Shown: positions 29,150 through 43,300, counted from the stretch's first letter. The stretch is 64,000 bases of DNA from the human T2T-CHM13v2.0 reference genome, Homo sapiens (GCF_009914755.1 NC_060941.1), one strand, 5' to 3'. Notes: generated by a model from the sequence alone, not told the origin. Translations and numbers: made by a program.

Positions 29150-31656
29150 GATGGGAGGGAACCCACACGGGTTGTTGTCCTTCTCCTGGGGAAACACAAG
29201 CGAAACCCCTACCCCATGTTACCACAGTGCCTAATTCCTATTTGTCAGTTTTTGTATCCTTCCACCATACCCACTTTCCTTTTTGTGGATCAAATCTGTT
29301 TCCAGTGAAATGTTGTTCTGCTGCTGTAAAAGGTTGATTTCTTGCTAGGTTTAAGAAATTGAGTGTAAAAAGAACAAAATTTAACTGAGTATGGGGGTAG
29401 GAGCATCCTTCTTCTCTTTAGTGTCCTGTTTTCAAAGTTGGTCTTTCAGCATTTTATTAACTCGTTCTACCAATGCCTGTCCTTGACAGTTATAGGGAAT
29501 GCCAGTTGTGTGAGTAATTCCCCATGTCTGAGTGAACTTTTTAAAATCATTGCTAATGTAACCAGAAAATTGTCAGTTTTTAGTTTCTCAGGACATCCCA
29601 TAACCAAGAAACATGAAACCATGTGCTGTTTAACATGAGCCGTACTTTCCCCCGTTTGACATGTGGCCCAGATAAAATGAGAAAAAGTGTCAATAGTTAC
29701 ATGCATAAAAGAGAGTTTGCTGAAAGCTGGATAATGAGTCACGTCCATTTGCCAGAGAATATTTTGTGAAAGTCCTCTAGGGTTAACTCCTGAAGAAAGT
29801 GGATGTAAAATTAACACTTGGCAAGTAGGACAGTGACATACAATGGTTTTAGCTTGCTTCCATGTGAAGCAGAACTTTTTTCCGAGTCCCGCAGCATTGA
29901 CTTGAGTTACAGCGTGAAAATTTTCTACGTCCATAAAAATGGGAGCAACTAATGTATCAGCGCTGGCATTTGCTGCTGAGAGAGGTCGGGGAGGGGCATG
30001 TGAGCCCGAACGTGAGTAATGTAGAAGGGAGAAGACCTTGCTCTGAGTAGGGACTGAAACTTTTGGAAAAGAAAAAGTGGTTATCATCAGGCAGAAATGT
30101 GTTTAAGGCAGTTTCAATGTTGCAAGCAACACCTGCTGCGTACACCAAATCAGAAACTATGTTAACTGGTTCAGGGAAATATTCAAGAACAGCCATGACA
30201 GCAGTCAGCTCAGCTTGTTGTGCTGAAGTAGCTCCTGAGTTAAGGACACATTCTTTTGGCCCTGCATATGCTCCTTGGTCATTACAGGAAGCATCAGTAA
30301 AAACAGTGACAGCTTCAGCTAATGGAGTATCCATAGTAATGTTAGGTAAGATCCAAGAAGTAAGTTTAAGGAACTGAAATAGTTTTACATTAGGATAATG
30401 ATTGTCAATTATACCCAGGAAACCTGCCAAATGTACTTGGCAAGCAATGCAGGTTGCAAAAGCCTGTTGGACTTGTAATCAGGTGAGGGAAACAATGATT
30501 TTTTGGGGCTCTGTACCCAAAAGATGAAGAAGGTGAGAAAGAGCTTGACCAATTAGGATAGAAATTTGATCTAGATAAACGGTAAGCGTCCGTAAAGAGC
30601 TGTGTGGAAGAAAGCACTATTCAATTAAATTATGTCCCTGGATAATGAGTCCTGTTGGTGAATGTTTAGTAGGAAAGATTAGTATTTCAAAAGGTAAATA
30701 TGGATTCGCCCTGGTTACCTGAGACTGTTGAATGCGTTTTTCTATAAGTTGTAATTCAGAATCTGCCTCAGGGGTCAAAGACCTTTTGTTGCATAAATCA
30801 GGATTGCCCCATAATGTTGCAAACAGATTAGACATAGCATATGTAAGAATGCCTAAGGAGGGGCAAATCCAATTAATATCTCCAAGCATTTTTTGGAAAT
30901 CATTTAGCGTTTTTAGAGAGTCTCATCTGAGTTGAACCTTTTGGGGCTTAATAACCTTGTCTTCTAGCTGCATTCCTAAATATTGATAAGGAGAAGAAGT
31001 TTGGATTTTTTCTGGAGCGACAGCCAAACCAGCTGTTGCAACTGCTTGTCGTACTGCAGAGAAACAAGATATTAATACAGAACGTGAAGGCACTGCACAA
31101 AGAATATCATCCATGTAATGAATGATAAAAAATTGGGGAAATTGATCTCTTACTGGCTTTAATATGCTCCCCACGTAATATTGACAAATGGTAGGCTATT
31201 AAGCATTCCCTGAGGTAGGACTTTCCAATGGTAACGTGCTGTGGGAGCGATGTTGTTAAGGGTTGGAACTGTGAAAGCAAATTTTTCAAAGTCCTGAGGG
31301 GCCAGAGGAATGTTGAAGAAGCAGTCTTTAAGATCAATGATGATAAGAGGCCAATACTTGGGAATCATAGCGGGGAAAGGCAAGCTGGGTTGTAATGTCC
31401 CCATAGGCTGAAGGACAGCACTTACTGCCCTAAGATCAGTAAGCATTCTCCACTTACCGGATTTCTTTTGGATAACAAAGACAGGTGAATTCCAGATAGA
31501 AAAAGATTGCTCGATGTGTCCCAATTTTAACTGTTCAAGGATCAAAATATGGAGTGCCTCCAGCTTATTTTTAGGGAGCGGCCACTGATTTACCCAAACC
31601 GGTTTCTGAGTTTTCCAAGTCAAGGGGATGGGATTTGGAGGCTTGATAGTGACCAC
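29150..31656 (-). pseudogene. pol: P1 pol (RT-RNase H-IN, fragmented)
   Basis: LPQGM, YMDD, VFTDAS, CPTCQ, WQMDVTH motifs across broken ORFs. Confidence 0.92.
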
Positions 31657-31658
31657 TT

Positions 31659-32500
31659 CTAAAAAGAATAACCAAGTCCCGTAAAATCTGATTTATGGGT
31701 AGGTATAATAGGCTCGGTGATGCCTTGTGCTGATTTCCCTAAGCCCATAACTTGAACAAATCCCATTTTTGTCATAATGTCTTTACTTTGCTGGCTGTAA
31801 TTGCCTTGTGGAAAAGAAATCTGTGCCCCTCGTTGTTGTAAAAGTTCTCTTCCCCACAGGTTAACAGGAATGGGTGTAATGAGGGGGCAAATAGTACCAA
31901 TCTGTTCTTCTGGGCCCGTACAGTGTAAAATTGTAGAACTTTCATAGACTTCTGAAGCCTGACCAACACCAACTAATGCTGTGGACGCGTGTTCCTTTGG
32001 CCAGTGTCGGGGCCATTGATGTAAAGCGATAATGGAGACATCAGCGCCCGTATCAATCATTCCCTCAAACTTCCTTCCTTGAATATGCACAGAGCACACA
32101 GGACGAGTGTCAGAAATCTTGCTGGCTCAATAAGCTGCTTTGTCCTGATAGTCTGTGCTACCAAAACCTCCAGTTCTGGTACAAGAACTGGATCCTAAAG
32201 GAACGTAAGGGAGTATAAGAAGGTGAGCAATGCGGTCTCCAGCTGCCGTATATCAAGGGACTGCAGAGCTAATGACAATATGAATTTCACCTGAATAGTC
32301 AGAATCAATTACACCAGTATGTACTTGAACACCTTTTAAATTTAGGCTTGAGAGATCAAATAGCAAACCGACACTGCCAGTCGGCAAGGGGCCAAAAACA
32401 CCTGTGGGAACAGCAATAGGTGGCTCTCCAGGTAACAGAGAAATATCTCTGGTACAACAGAGATCTACTGATGCTGAGCCTGTGGTGGCAGGGGACAAGC
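31659..32500 (-). pseudogene. pro: P1 pro (dUTPase-protease-G-patch)
   Basis: GVIDSDYSGEI, DTGAD, and MGFVQVMGLGKSAQGITEPI. Confidence 0.9.
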
Positions 32501-32599
32501 ATTGTACTGAGATTCGTGTTGGGGCAGAGCCATTAGATCCTGTGGCACAAATTGCTGAAGTGGGAATTGGGATGTACGTTGAATGGATTGGGCTGGCAA

Positions 32600-33716
32600 G
32601 GCGCTCATCTTGCTGGACGCCAGGGGCTCAGAGTTGAGGAATGCCCCATTGTTTGGAGGGGCCTAGGGCTGGCCCCTCTTCCCGTTTACCTGGAAGTGAC
32701 CGTAAGGGATTGCCATCAATATCAAATTTTGAATGGCATTGAGCCACCCAGTGATTTCCTTTTTGGCATCGTGGGCATATAGTAGAAAGTGGGGCTTGTT
32801 GTTGAAAAAATTTTGGTTGTTGGTGTTGAAAAGAACAGCGGCCTGTATGCCAAGGACAATTTCTTTTAGAATATCCCGATTGGCTGCATAGGAAGCATTT
32901 GCCAGGGAATTGTCCAGGCATTCGAATAGAGACCATGGCTTGTGCCATGACCATTGCTGTACGCAGAGTTCCCCTCACGCCTTCACAGACTTTAATGTAT
33001 GAGGTGAGTACATCACCCCCTGGTGGAATTTTGCCTTTAATGGGGCAAATAGCCACCTGACAGTCTGGATTTACTTGTTCATAAGCCATAAGTTCTATAA
33101 CAAGTCATTGGCCCTGGCTATCAGGGATAGCTTTTTCTGCTGCGTCTTGAAGATGGGCAATAAAGTCTGGATACGGTTCATGTTGTCCCCGTCTGACGGC
33201 TGTAAAACATGGGCATAGTTTGTCATCATCTTGAATCTTGTCCCAAGCATCTAAGCAGCATTTCCACAGTTGTTCAATAACCTCATCATTTAGTATAGTT
33301 TGGTTTCGAATTGCAGCCCACTGGCCCATTCCCAGTAATTGGTCGGCTGTAACATTAACAGGAGGATTAGAGCCCAAAGACGAATGCATTCCTGGATAGC
33401 ATCAACCCACCAAGTCCTGAATTGTAAATATTGGGATTTAGATAAGACTGACTGCTAAAATCTCCCAGTCATAGGGCACCAAGTGTTTATTTTCTGCTAG
33501 GGCTTTTAATTTGGAATGGACAAAAGGGGAGTTGGTGCCATACTGCTTCACAGATTCTTTGAAATCTTTGAGGAATTTAAAAGAAAAACTTGGCCAGGTG
33601 CGGTGGCTCACTCCTGTAATCCCAGCACTTTGGGAGGCCCAGGCAGGTGGATCACAAGGTCAGGAGATCGAGACCATCCTGGCTAACAGGGTGAAAGTCT
33701 GTCTCTACTAAAAATA

Positions 33717-33757
<41 letters not shown>

Positions 33758-35509
33758 AGCCGGGCATGCCTGGGAGACAGAGCGAGACTCCATCTCAAAA
33801 AAAAAAAAAAAGAAAGAAAAGAAAAAAAAACTTTCCTAAGTAGCGGGACATAGCTGAACCTGGCCTGGATGTATAGGGTCAGGTTGAACTACTGCCTGAA
33901 CTACTGGAACATCAGGAACTGGCTGTGTCTCAGCGGCAGGCAGTTGTGGAGCCTGATTATTTTCCTGAGCAGCCTGATTGTCAGGCTGTTGATCTTGACG
34001 GGTTGCGGGATCAGCCGCCTGCTGAGAAGGATCAGCAGGCTGTGGCTGATTTTGTGCCACTGGGACGGCGGGTATTGGAGGTTGTAAAATTACAGGAAAT
34101 TGCCAGGCTTCGGGATCCCCATATTCTCTTGTCTGAGCTATAGCCCTCATAAAAGGAGTGTCATTTTCAGGGATGTATATAGCTCATTGCTTATGAGCGG
34201 CAATGGTGGTATTGGCCACCACAGTAGCAACTGGACCAGAAGCAGGAAAAAGGTTGGAATTTTGAATGGAGGAAGAGTTGAGAACCTGTAGGCCAGGATG
34301 AGACGAGATTACCTGCTGGGCAGGTCTTTCATGGGCCTGAGGCTGCCGCAGTAACTGTGGACCAGGCTTCAAGAGAGCCTGAGGTTTCAAGGGAGCCTGA
34401 TTTGTCAGAAAAGACCCAGGCTTCAAGGAAGTGTGATTTGCCGAAAGAGACCCAGGCTTCGAGGGAGACTGATTTGCCAAAAGATACCCAGGCTTCAAAG
34501 GAGCCTGATTTCTGAAAGAGACCCAGGCTTCAAGGGAGCCTGATTTACCAAGAGAGGTCCAGGCTTCAAGGGAGACTGACTTGTCAAAAGAGAACGAGAA
34601 GAGAGAGGTGGAAAAATAGGTTGAATATGGATAGGGTTGAGGGCCTCATAACTGGGCTGAACTGGTAGAAAGTTGAGAGCCCCACAGCGGGGCTGAACAG
34701 AGATAGGGTTGAGGGCCTCATTACCAGGCTGAATAGGCAAGAAGTTGAGAGCTCTACAGCAGGGCTGAACAGGGATAGGGTTCAGGGCCTCATTACCAGG
34801 CAGGGAATTGAGAGCCTCTTCACCGGGCTGTGTAGAAATTGGAGCCTCTGTACCAGGCTGCATGAAAACATAGTTTAGAGCCTCTTTTTCAGGCTGCATC
34901 ATCTCATTTTCTATCTGCATAGCTGGAGAGTTGAGAGTTTGAGGAAAGGTAGGAGGGTACAGCTGTGATGGCTGTTGATAATATCTTTCAGCTGGATTTT
35001 GCTGGTTGGGGGAAATAAATTCATTCAGATCAGTTAAAAGTTCATCATAAAGCGATAACTGGGGCATGGTAGGCTCTGGCGTAGGTGGTGGCACCAAAGG
35101 AATATCAGAGTGGAGGTCCATCTGTAGAACTATGGCCTCAATCTGTGCAGTATCCTCAGGTGAAAAAGAACTAAGCACTTCCTCAGCCTCCTCAGAGGAA
35201 AGAGGGATCAGTCTCCATGTTGTCCTCCTGAGTCTGTAAAGAGTCTAGGACAGAGCGAACCGAAGCCCAGATTGACCAAATTGGGGGTGGAATAATATGC
35301 CCGCCTTTATGAGCAATTTTGAATGTCTGCCAATCTCATCCCAATCCTTAAGTTCTAAAGTTCCCTCAGTAGGAAACCAAGGGCAAAGAAGATCTACAAC
35401 ATCAAACAGTTCAATTAACTTATCAGTAGATACTTTTAACCACTCCTTCTTTAAGGAGAGTTTTTATAAAATTTAAATAAGCTGAGTACTTAGTACAGGC
35501 CTGTCCCTT
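32600..35509 (-). pseudogene. gag: P1 gag (start codon mutated to AAG; Alu-disrupted)
   Basis: MHR GQHEPYPDFI, two zinc knuckles (the first has lost its His), 36-bp internal repeats. Confidence 0.88.
33592..33830 (+). mobile_element. AluY-like element with an expanded central A tract and a deleted right arm, in P1 gag
   Basis: GAGATCGAGACCATCCTGGCTAAC; AAAAACTT flanks on both sides. Confidence 0.85.
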
Positions 35510-36648
35510 GGTGTCCCTGGGATACTCTGAGTGCCCAAGCTTACCACCAAGCTTATTGACCTCAATCCTCAGGAATCTGTCATTGAAATCCTCTGCTGTG
35601 TTTCACGCTCAAAGTGCAACTTCACACAGCGAGAGAGAAATTCTCGTTGGGCGCCAGATGTAGGGTCCAACCCTACAGGGCCTTTGGGGTTTTCTCTTGT
35701 GTGTGGAGATGATAGATCATAGAAATAAAGACACAAAACAAAGAGATAGAATAAAAGACAGCTGGGCCCGGGTGAACACTACCACCAAGACGCGGAGACC
35801 GGTAGTGGCCCCGAATGCCTGGCTGTGCTGTTACTTATTGTATACAAGGCAAGGGGGCAGGGTAAGGAGTGCAGGTCATCTCCAATGATAGGTAAGGTCA
35901 CGTGAGTCACGTGACCACTGGACAGGGGCCCTTCCCTATTTGGTAGCTGAGGTGGAGACAGAGAGGGGACAGCTTACGTCATTATTTCTTCTATGCATTT
36001 CTCGGAAAGATCAAAGACTTTAATACTTTCACTAATTCTGCTACCGCTGTCTAGAAGGCCAGGCTAGGTGCACAGAGTGGAACATGAAAATGAACAAGGA
36101 GCGTGACCACTGAAGCACAGCATCACAGGGAGACGTTTAGGCCTCCAGATGGCTGTGGGCATGGCTGCGGGTGGGCCTGACAAAGATCTTCCACAAGAGG
36201 TCGTGGAGCAGAGTCTTCTCTAACTCTCTCCCTTTCCTGGTCTGCTAAGTAACGGGTGCCTTCCCAGGCACTGGCGCTACCACTAGACCAGTCTGCTAAG
36301 TAACGGGTGCCTCCCCAGGCACTGGCGTTACCGCTAGACCAAGGAGCCCTCTAGTGGCCCTGTCCGGGCATGACAGAGGGCTCACACTCTTGTCTTCCGG
36401 TCACTTCTCACCGTGTCCTTTCAGCTCCTATCTCTGTATGGCCTAATTTTTTCTAGGTTATAATTGTAAAACAGATATTATTATAATATTGGAATAAAGA
36501 GTAAATCTACAAACTAATGATTAATATTCATATATGATCATATCTGTATTCTATTTCTAGTATAACTATTCTTATTCTATATATTTTATTATACTGGAAC
36601 ATCTTGTGCCTTCGGTCTCTTGCCTCAGCACCTGGGTAGCTTGCCGCC

Positions 36649-37620
36649 TGTAGGGTCCAGCCCTACAGGGTTTAGTGGGTGTTCTACCCATGTATGGAGA
36701 TGAGAGATTATAAGAGATAAAGACACAAGACAAAGAGATAAAGAGAAAACAGCTGGGCCCAGGGGACCATTACCACCAAGACGCAGAGACCAGTAGGGGC
36801 CCGGAATGGCTGGGCTCGCTGATATTTATTACATACAAGACAAAGGGGGCAGAGTAAGGAGGGTGAGACGTCCAAGTGATTGATAAGCTCAAGCAAGTCA
36901 CATGATCATGGGACAGGGGGCCCTTCCCTTTTAGGTAGCTGAAGCAGAGAGGAAAGGCAGCATACATCAGTGTTTTCTTCTAGGCACTTATAAGAAAGTT
37001 CAAAGATTTTAAGACTTTCACTATTTCTTCTACCACTATCTACTATGAACTTCAAAGAGGAACCAGGAGTACAGGAGGAACATGAAAGTGGACAAGGAGC
37101 ATGACCACTGAAGCACAGCACCACGGGGAGGGGTTTAGGCCTCCAGATGACTGCAGGGCAGGCCTGGATAATATAAAGCCTCCCACAAGGAGGTGGTGAA
37201 GCAGAGTGTTTCCTGACTCCTCCAAGAACAGGGAGACTCCCTTTCTTGGTCTGCTAAGTAACGGGTGCCTTCCCAGGCACTGGCATTACTGCTTGGCCAA
37301 GGAGCCCTCAACCGGCCCTTATGTGGGCATGACAGAGGGCTCACCTCTTGCTTTCTAGGTCACTTCTCACAATGTCCCTTCAGTACATGATCCTACACCC
37401 ATCAATTATTCCTAGGTTATATTAGTAATGCAACAAAGACTAATATTAAAAGCTAATGATTAATAATGTTTATACATTATTGATTGATAATTGTCCATGA
37501 TCATCTCTATATCTAATTTGTATTGTAAGTATTCTTTATTCTAACTATTTTCTTTATTATACTGCTACAGTTTGTGCCTTCAGTCTCCTGTCTTGGCACC
37601 TGGGTAATCCTTCGTCCACA
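36649..37620 (-). mobile_element. Solo LTR13 variant inserted 4 nt from the U3 end of the P1 5' LTR
   Basis: TG...CA; flanks GCCGCC (36643-36648) and GCTGCC (37621-37626), followed by CAAA and a PPT. Confidence 0.82.
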
Positions 37621-40600
37621 GCTGCCCAAATCTCCCCTCTTTTTATTGACTAGGATCATCATTGCCATCATTGCTTGTTGTTGACTTTGGGCTTTTCATC
37701 GGACTCCCTGAAGACATCTGCATACTAAAAGCAGACAACATAAACACACCAATATCAGTAATGCTAGTGACAATAGTGAACCTCTAAGGGGTTTGATCCG
37801 TTTAAAAAGATTAAGATCGGATAATACTTTGGTGATTTCCTCAAAAATATGAGAGCCAGGAACGGTAGTTAAGTGAGCCTGTGAGGCCCCCAAAATTTGC
37901 TCTTTCAGTTTTGAAATATCTTAAGTTAGATTATCATCCCAGGCTTTGAATGTCTCATGACTTTTTCCCAGCTATGCTGATCTTTTTTATAAGCATAAGG
38001 CATTATGCAATAATCAGAATTATTCCAATCACATTGTAATTGCATACGGTGTTGCAAATTCATAACTCTATCTCCCAGCCATATCACACTCTGGTGGAGA
38101 TCATTAATTTGATTAGCCAAATTTGATCAACTTGAGCCTGAGAATTCCAGAGTCTGGTGGAGTTTTTGTTTGTTTGTTTGTTTTTTTGCCACACTTCCAC
38201 ATATTGAGTGGTCTGAACAGAGTTGTGGATAGCAACTCCAGCTGCCATTGCTGTGGCAGTGACAGCAATTAATCCTGCAATGACTGCAATAAGAGTAAAG
38301 ATGAATCTCTTCGTTCTCTTAAGGATTCCTTTAAGGATTTCATTGACTATATGAATAGAGGGAGAAGACTCCCAAGGGTGGTGTAAAGAAACGGTATCCT
38401 TACCCCCTCCCTAGCCCTTACCAGGAGAATACTTGTTATGGGATGAAATGTAACACGAATACATGTAAACAATTTGCAATCATCAAATTCTATGGTTTGG
38501 CTGTTGGGGGGTGATAATTATATTTCCGACTAATAGCATATAAGGGGATTTTACACAGCTCCTGCTAGGTATCACCTGTTCAGACATCAAGGTGACTTTG
38601 TATACGTCTGTCTTGGTATTAGTGGGAGTGATCTGATAGGTTACATTCCATATCCTAATTCCAGTCATGGCAGCAGCCAATTTCCACAATTCAGGATGTT
38701 CTGGGGTAACAATAGGATGAATCACTTTTGGTCTAGGAGGAATGATCACTTTGTCCATCCATTTGAATGGGTAAGGAGACACCCATTCCCTCAGCCTGTA
38801 GGACTGCCATCCCTCCTCTACATAATCTATCAAATAGTTGAACTCAGAATATTTGGCATTTAGGCTGGAAAAATTTAGCCAATAATATCCTCTTGAAGCC
38901 CAGTCAATAACCACCTGTAATCAGGCGCTGTAACACTACTGCTTTTGGAGCATTACAATCATTCCATACAATAGTTTCAACTGTAAAAGGTTCCCTGGTA
39001 GGTTCACTTGAACAGTCTAGCAGTCCTTTTGTTGTATTATGTTTGGTAGTGACGGGAACTCTCCATTCCTCATGAGGATTAAGTTTAACAGTCATGATCT
39101 GAAAAGAATTACTACTAAACTCATTATGTACTTGATAAGAATCATTATTAGAGGACGGTACAGTCCATATCCAATTTTGATTAGAGAAAGCTAAGCAGCC
39201 AGGTGACATTCCTATGCACAATGGCGGGTATTTATATCCAATTGACAAATTAAACTGCATACCTTCTTCCTCTGGTTGAGCGGGAAACCTGTCATCGTTA
39301 GGGACTGGTATAAATGCACTACTATTAGTATATAGGCAGCATTTGCGAAGCTGTTGAATGACCTCATCATTTAGTATAGTTTGATTTGTAATTGCAGGCC
39401 ATTGTCCCATTCCCAATAACTGGTCAGCTGTAATATTAACAGGAGGATTAGAGCCTTGATTAAGCTGAACTCGATCGTGGACAGCATCAACCCACCAAGT
39501 CCTGAATTATAAATATTGGGATTCAGATAATACTGATTTTGCTAGAATTCCCCAGTCATAAGGCACCAAACGTTTATCCTCTGCTAGAGCTTTTAATGTG
39601 GAATGCACAAAAGGGGAGTTGGTGCCGTATTGTTTCACTGATTCTTTGAAATCTTTGAGGAATTTAAAAGAAAAACTTTCCCGTGTAGCAGGGAGTAACT
39701 GGACCTGGCCTGGATGAAAAGGATCTGGTTGGACTACTGCCTGGACTGCAGGTATACCTGGAGCTGGCTGCGCTACAGCAGCAAGCATTTATGGTATAGG
39801 TTGAGGAGCCTGATTATTTGCCTGAGGAGCCTGATTTTCAGGCTGCGGACCTTGGGGAGCCGTGTGATCAGCCACCTGCTGAGCAGGATCAGCGGGCTGT
39901 GGCTGATCCTGTGCCACAGCAACAGGAGCGGCAGGTATATGGGGATGTAGAATAAGAGGAAGTTGCTAGGCCTCAGGATGCCCATACTCCCTGGCTTGAG
40001 AAATGGCTCTCATAAGAGGAGTGTCATTTTCAGGAATGTATGTAACCTGTTGCTTATGAGCAGCCATGGTGGTGGCAACAGCAGTGGTAACCGGACCAGA
40101 AGCCAAAAAGAGATTCGAGTTTTGGATAGAGGAAGAATCAAGAACCTGTAAGCCAGGATGAGGTGCGATTACCTGCTGGGCAGGTCTTTTAGGGTTGAGA
40201 AATCAAGGCTGCTGCAGTAACTGCAGGACAGGCTTCGAGGGAGCCTGATGCACCAAAGGAGAAGCAGAAGTGAGAGATGGATAACCAGGCTGTGGAGGGA
40301 TAGGGTTGAGGGCCTCATTGCCAGGCCAAACAGGCAGAAGGTTGAGAGCCCTACAGCAGGGCTGAACAGAGACACAGTTGAGAGCCTGTAGGGGCCAGCC
40401 CTACAGGGTCTGTGGGTTTTTCTCCCCGTGTGCGGAGACAAGAGATCATAGAAACAAAGACAAAAGACAAAGAGATAAAAGAAAAGACAGCTGGGGCTGG
40501 GGGACCACTACCACCAAGACGTGGAGACCAGTAGTGGCCCCAAATTCCAGGCTGCGCTGTTATTTATTGGATACAAGACAAGGGGGCAGGGTAAGGAGTG

Positions 40601-41382
40601 TTAGCCATCTCCAATGATAGGTAAGGTCACGTGGGTCATGCATCCACTGGAAAGGGAGCCCTTCCCTGTTTGGCAGCCGAGGCGGAGAGAGAGGAGAGAC
40701 AGCTTACACCATTATTTCTGCATTTCAGAGACTTTTAATACTTTCAGTAATTCTGCTATTGCTATCTAGAAGGCAGAGCCAGGTGTACAGGATGGAACAT
40801 GAAAGCAGACCAGGAGCATGACTACTGAAGCACAGCATCACAGGGAGACGGTCAGGCCTCTGGATAACTGCAGGCAGGCCTGACTTATGTCAGGCCCTCC
40901 ATAAGAGATGGTGGAGTAGAGTCTTCTCTAAACTCCCCTGGGGAAAGGGAGACTCCCTTTCCTGGTCTGCTCAGTAGCAGGTGCTTTTCCTTGGCACTGA
41001 CGCTACCACTAGACCATGGTCCGCTTGGTACGGGCATCTTCCCAGACGCTGGCATTACTGCTAGACCAAGGAGCCCTCTGGTGGCCCTGCCTGGGCATAA
41101 CAAAAGGCTCACACTCTTGTCTTCTTGTCACTTCTCACCATGTCCCCTCAGCTCCTATCTCTGCATGGCCTGCCTTTTTCTAGGTTATGATTGTAGAGTG
41201 AGGATTATTATAATATTTGAATAAAGAGTAATTACTACAAACTAATGATTAATGGTATTTATATATAATCATATCTATGAGCTATATCAGTATAACTCTT
41301 GTTATTTTATATATTTTATTACACTGGAACAGCTCGTGCTCTCGGTCTCTTGCCTCGGCACCTGGGTGGCTTGCCACCCACA

Positions 41383-43300
41383 TCTCCCCGCTTTTTATTA
41401 ACTAGGATCACCATTGCCATCATTGCTTGTCGTTGACTTTGGACTTGTCTTCGGATTCCTTGCGGGATCTGCAGACTAAAAGTAGACAACATAAGCATAC
41501 CAATATTAATAATGCCAGTGACAACAATGATCCTCTGAGGGGTTTGATCCATTTAAAGGGATTAAGATCAGATAATTCTTTAGCTATTCCTTCAAAAATG
41601 TCTGAGCCCAGAACAGTGGATAAATGAGCCTGTGAAGCCTCAAAAATTTGTTCTTTAAGTTTTGAAATATCCAAGGTTATCATCCCAGGTTTTTAAATGT
41701 CTTGAGACCGTTTCCCAGCTATGCTGATCTTTATTATAAGCATAAGGTGTTATACAGTAATCAGAAGTATTCCAATCACATTGTAATTGCATACGGTGTT
41801 CCAAATTCATAACTGTATCTCCCAGCCATATTACACTTTGGTGGAGATAATTAATTTGATTAGCTAACTTTTGATCAATTTGAGTCTGAGAATTCCAAAG
41901 TCTGGAGGAGTTTTTTTGCCATGCTTCAACATATTGAGTGGTTTGAACAGAACTGTGGATCTCAACTCCAGCGGTTGCCGCTGTTGCAGAAACCGCAATT
42001 AGACCTGCAATGACTACAATAACAGTAAAAATAAATCACTTTGTTCTTTTCAGGATACCTTTAAGAACTTCATTGACTATGTGTATAGAGGGGGAAGACT
42101 CCCATGGATGATGTAAAGAAACTGGTATCCATACCCCCTCCCTAGCCCTTACGAATAGAATACTTGTTGTGGGATTAAAAGTAGCATCAATGCACATGAA
42201 CAGCTTACAATTATCACATTCTATATTTTGTGTATTGGGAATGATAATTATATTTCCAACCAACAGCATGTAAGGGGGTTTGACACAGCTCCTGATACGT
42301 ATCACCTGTTCAGACATCAAGGTGATGTTGAATGTGGGTGTTTTGATATTAGTGGGAGAGAGTTGATAGGTAGCACTCCATATCCTTATTCCTGTCATAG
42401 CTGCAGCTAATTTCCATAATTCAGGATGTTCTGGGGTAACAATGGGATGAATCATTTTTGGTCTAGAAGGAACAATGCCTGTGTTCATCCATTTGAATGG
42501 GTAAGGAGACACCCATTCTCTCAACCTGTAGGACTGCCATCCGTCCTCTAATATTGTAACAAATAATTGAACTCTGAGCATGTCGTATTCTGGCTGGAGC
42601 AATCCCGCCAATAATGGCATTACAATTATTCCATAAAATTGAATTCACCAGAAAAGGTCCCTTTGTAGATTCCTTTGGGCAGTCTGGCAGTCCTTTTGTT
42701 TTATTGCTGTTAGTAGTGACCAGAACCCACCATTCCTCTTGTGGATTAAGTTTAACAGAAGTTGAAAAGAATTGCTACTGAACACATTATGTACTTGATA
42801 AGAATCATTTGTAAAGGACGGTACTGTCCACATCCAATTCTGGTAAGAATAAACTAAACAGCCAGGCGACATCCCAGTGCATAGTGGTGGATATTTATAG
42901 CCAATTGACAGATTAAAGTGCATACCTTCTTGTTCTGGTTGAGCTGGAAACCTATCATCATTAGGGACCGGCATGAATGCACTATTATTAGTGTAAACTT
43001 CTACTGAGGAGTCCATCCAGGAGACAGACTGAATTAAAGGGGGAAAAGAACACATGCCCAGTAGGTATAATTTTGAGTTGCCCAAACTGGTGGTATACTC
43101 ACCACTGCACTGACTACCATAAAGGCAGCCAGAATTATATTACCTGTCGTTTTGGGGATTCATTTTTCTCTTAATGATTTTTCTGTTGATGGGATAAGAC
43201 CTTTATTTGACCCCAAGTTGGTGGAGTTAAATGAGTGGTGTTGTAGGTCACACGGCGAGATTTTGTCTCAATGTCGAGGTCATGAAGTTTATGTGTCAGG
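41383..43300 (-). pseudogene. env: P3 env (fragmented, short SU deletion near 42620)
   Basis: ORFs 42645-43085, 42036-42620 and 41420-41683 parallel P1 env. Confidence 0.88.

Larger units (their letters stand above)
26107..36648 (-). mobile_element. HERV-K13/HML-4-like provirus P1 (3' LTR 26107-27077; 5' LTR 35659-36648 plus a remnant at 37627-37630)
   Basis: PPT AAAAAGTGGGGAGA next to 27077; Lys-type PBS TGGCGCCCAACG at ~35639-35656; gag-pro-pol-env order on the minus strand. Confidence 0.88.
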
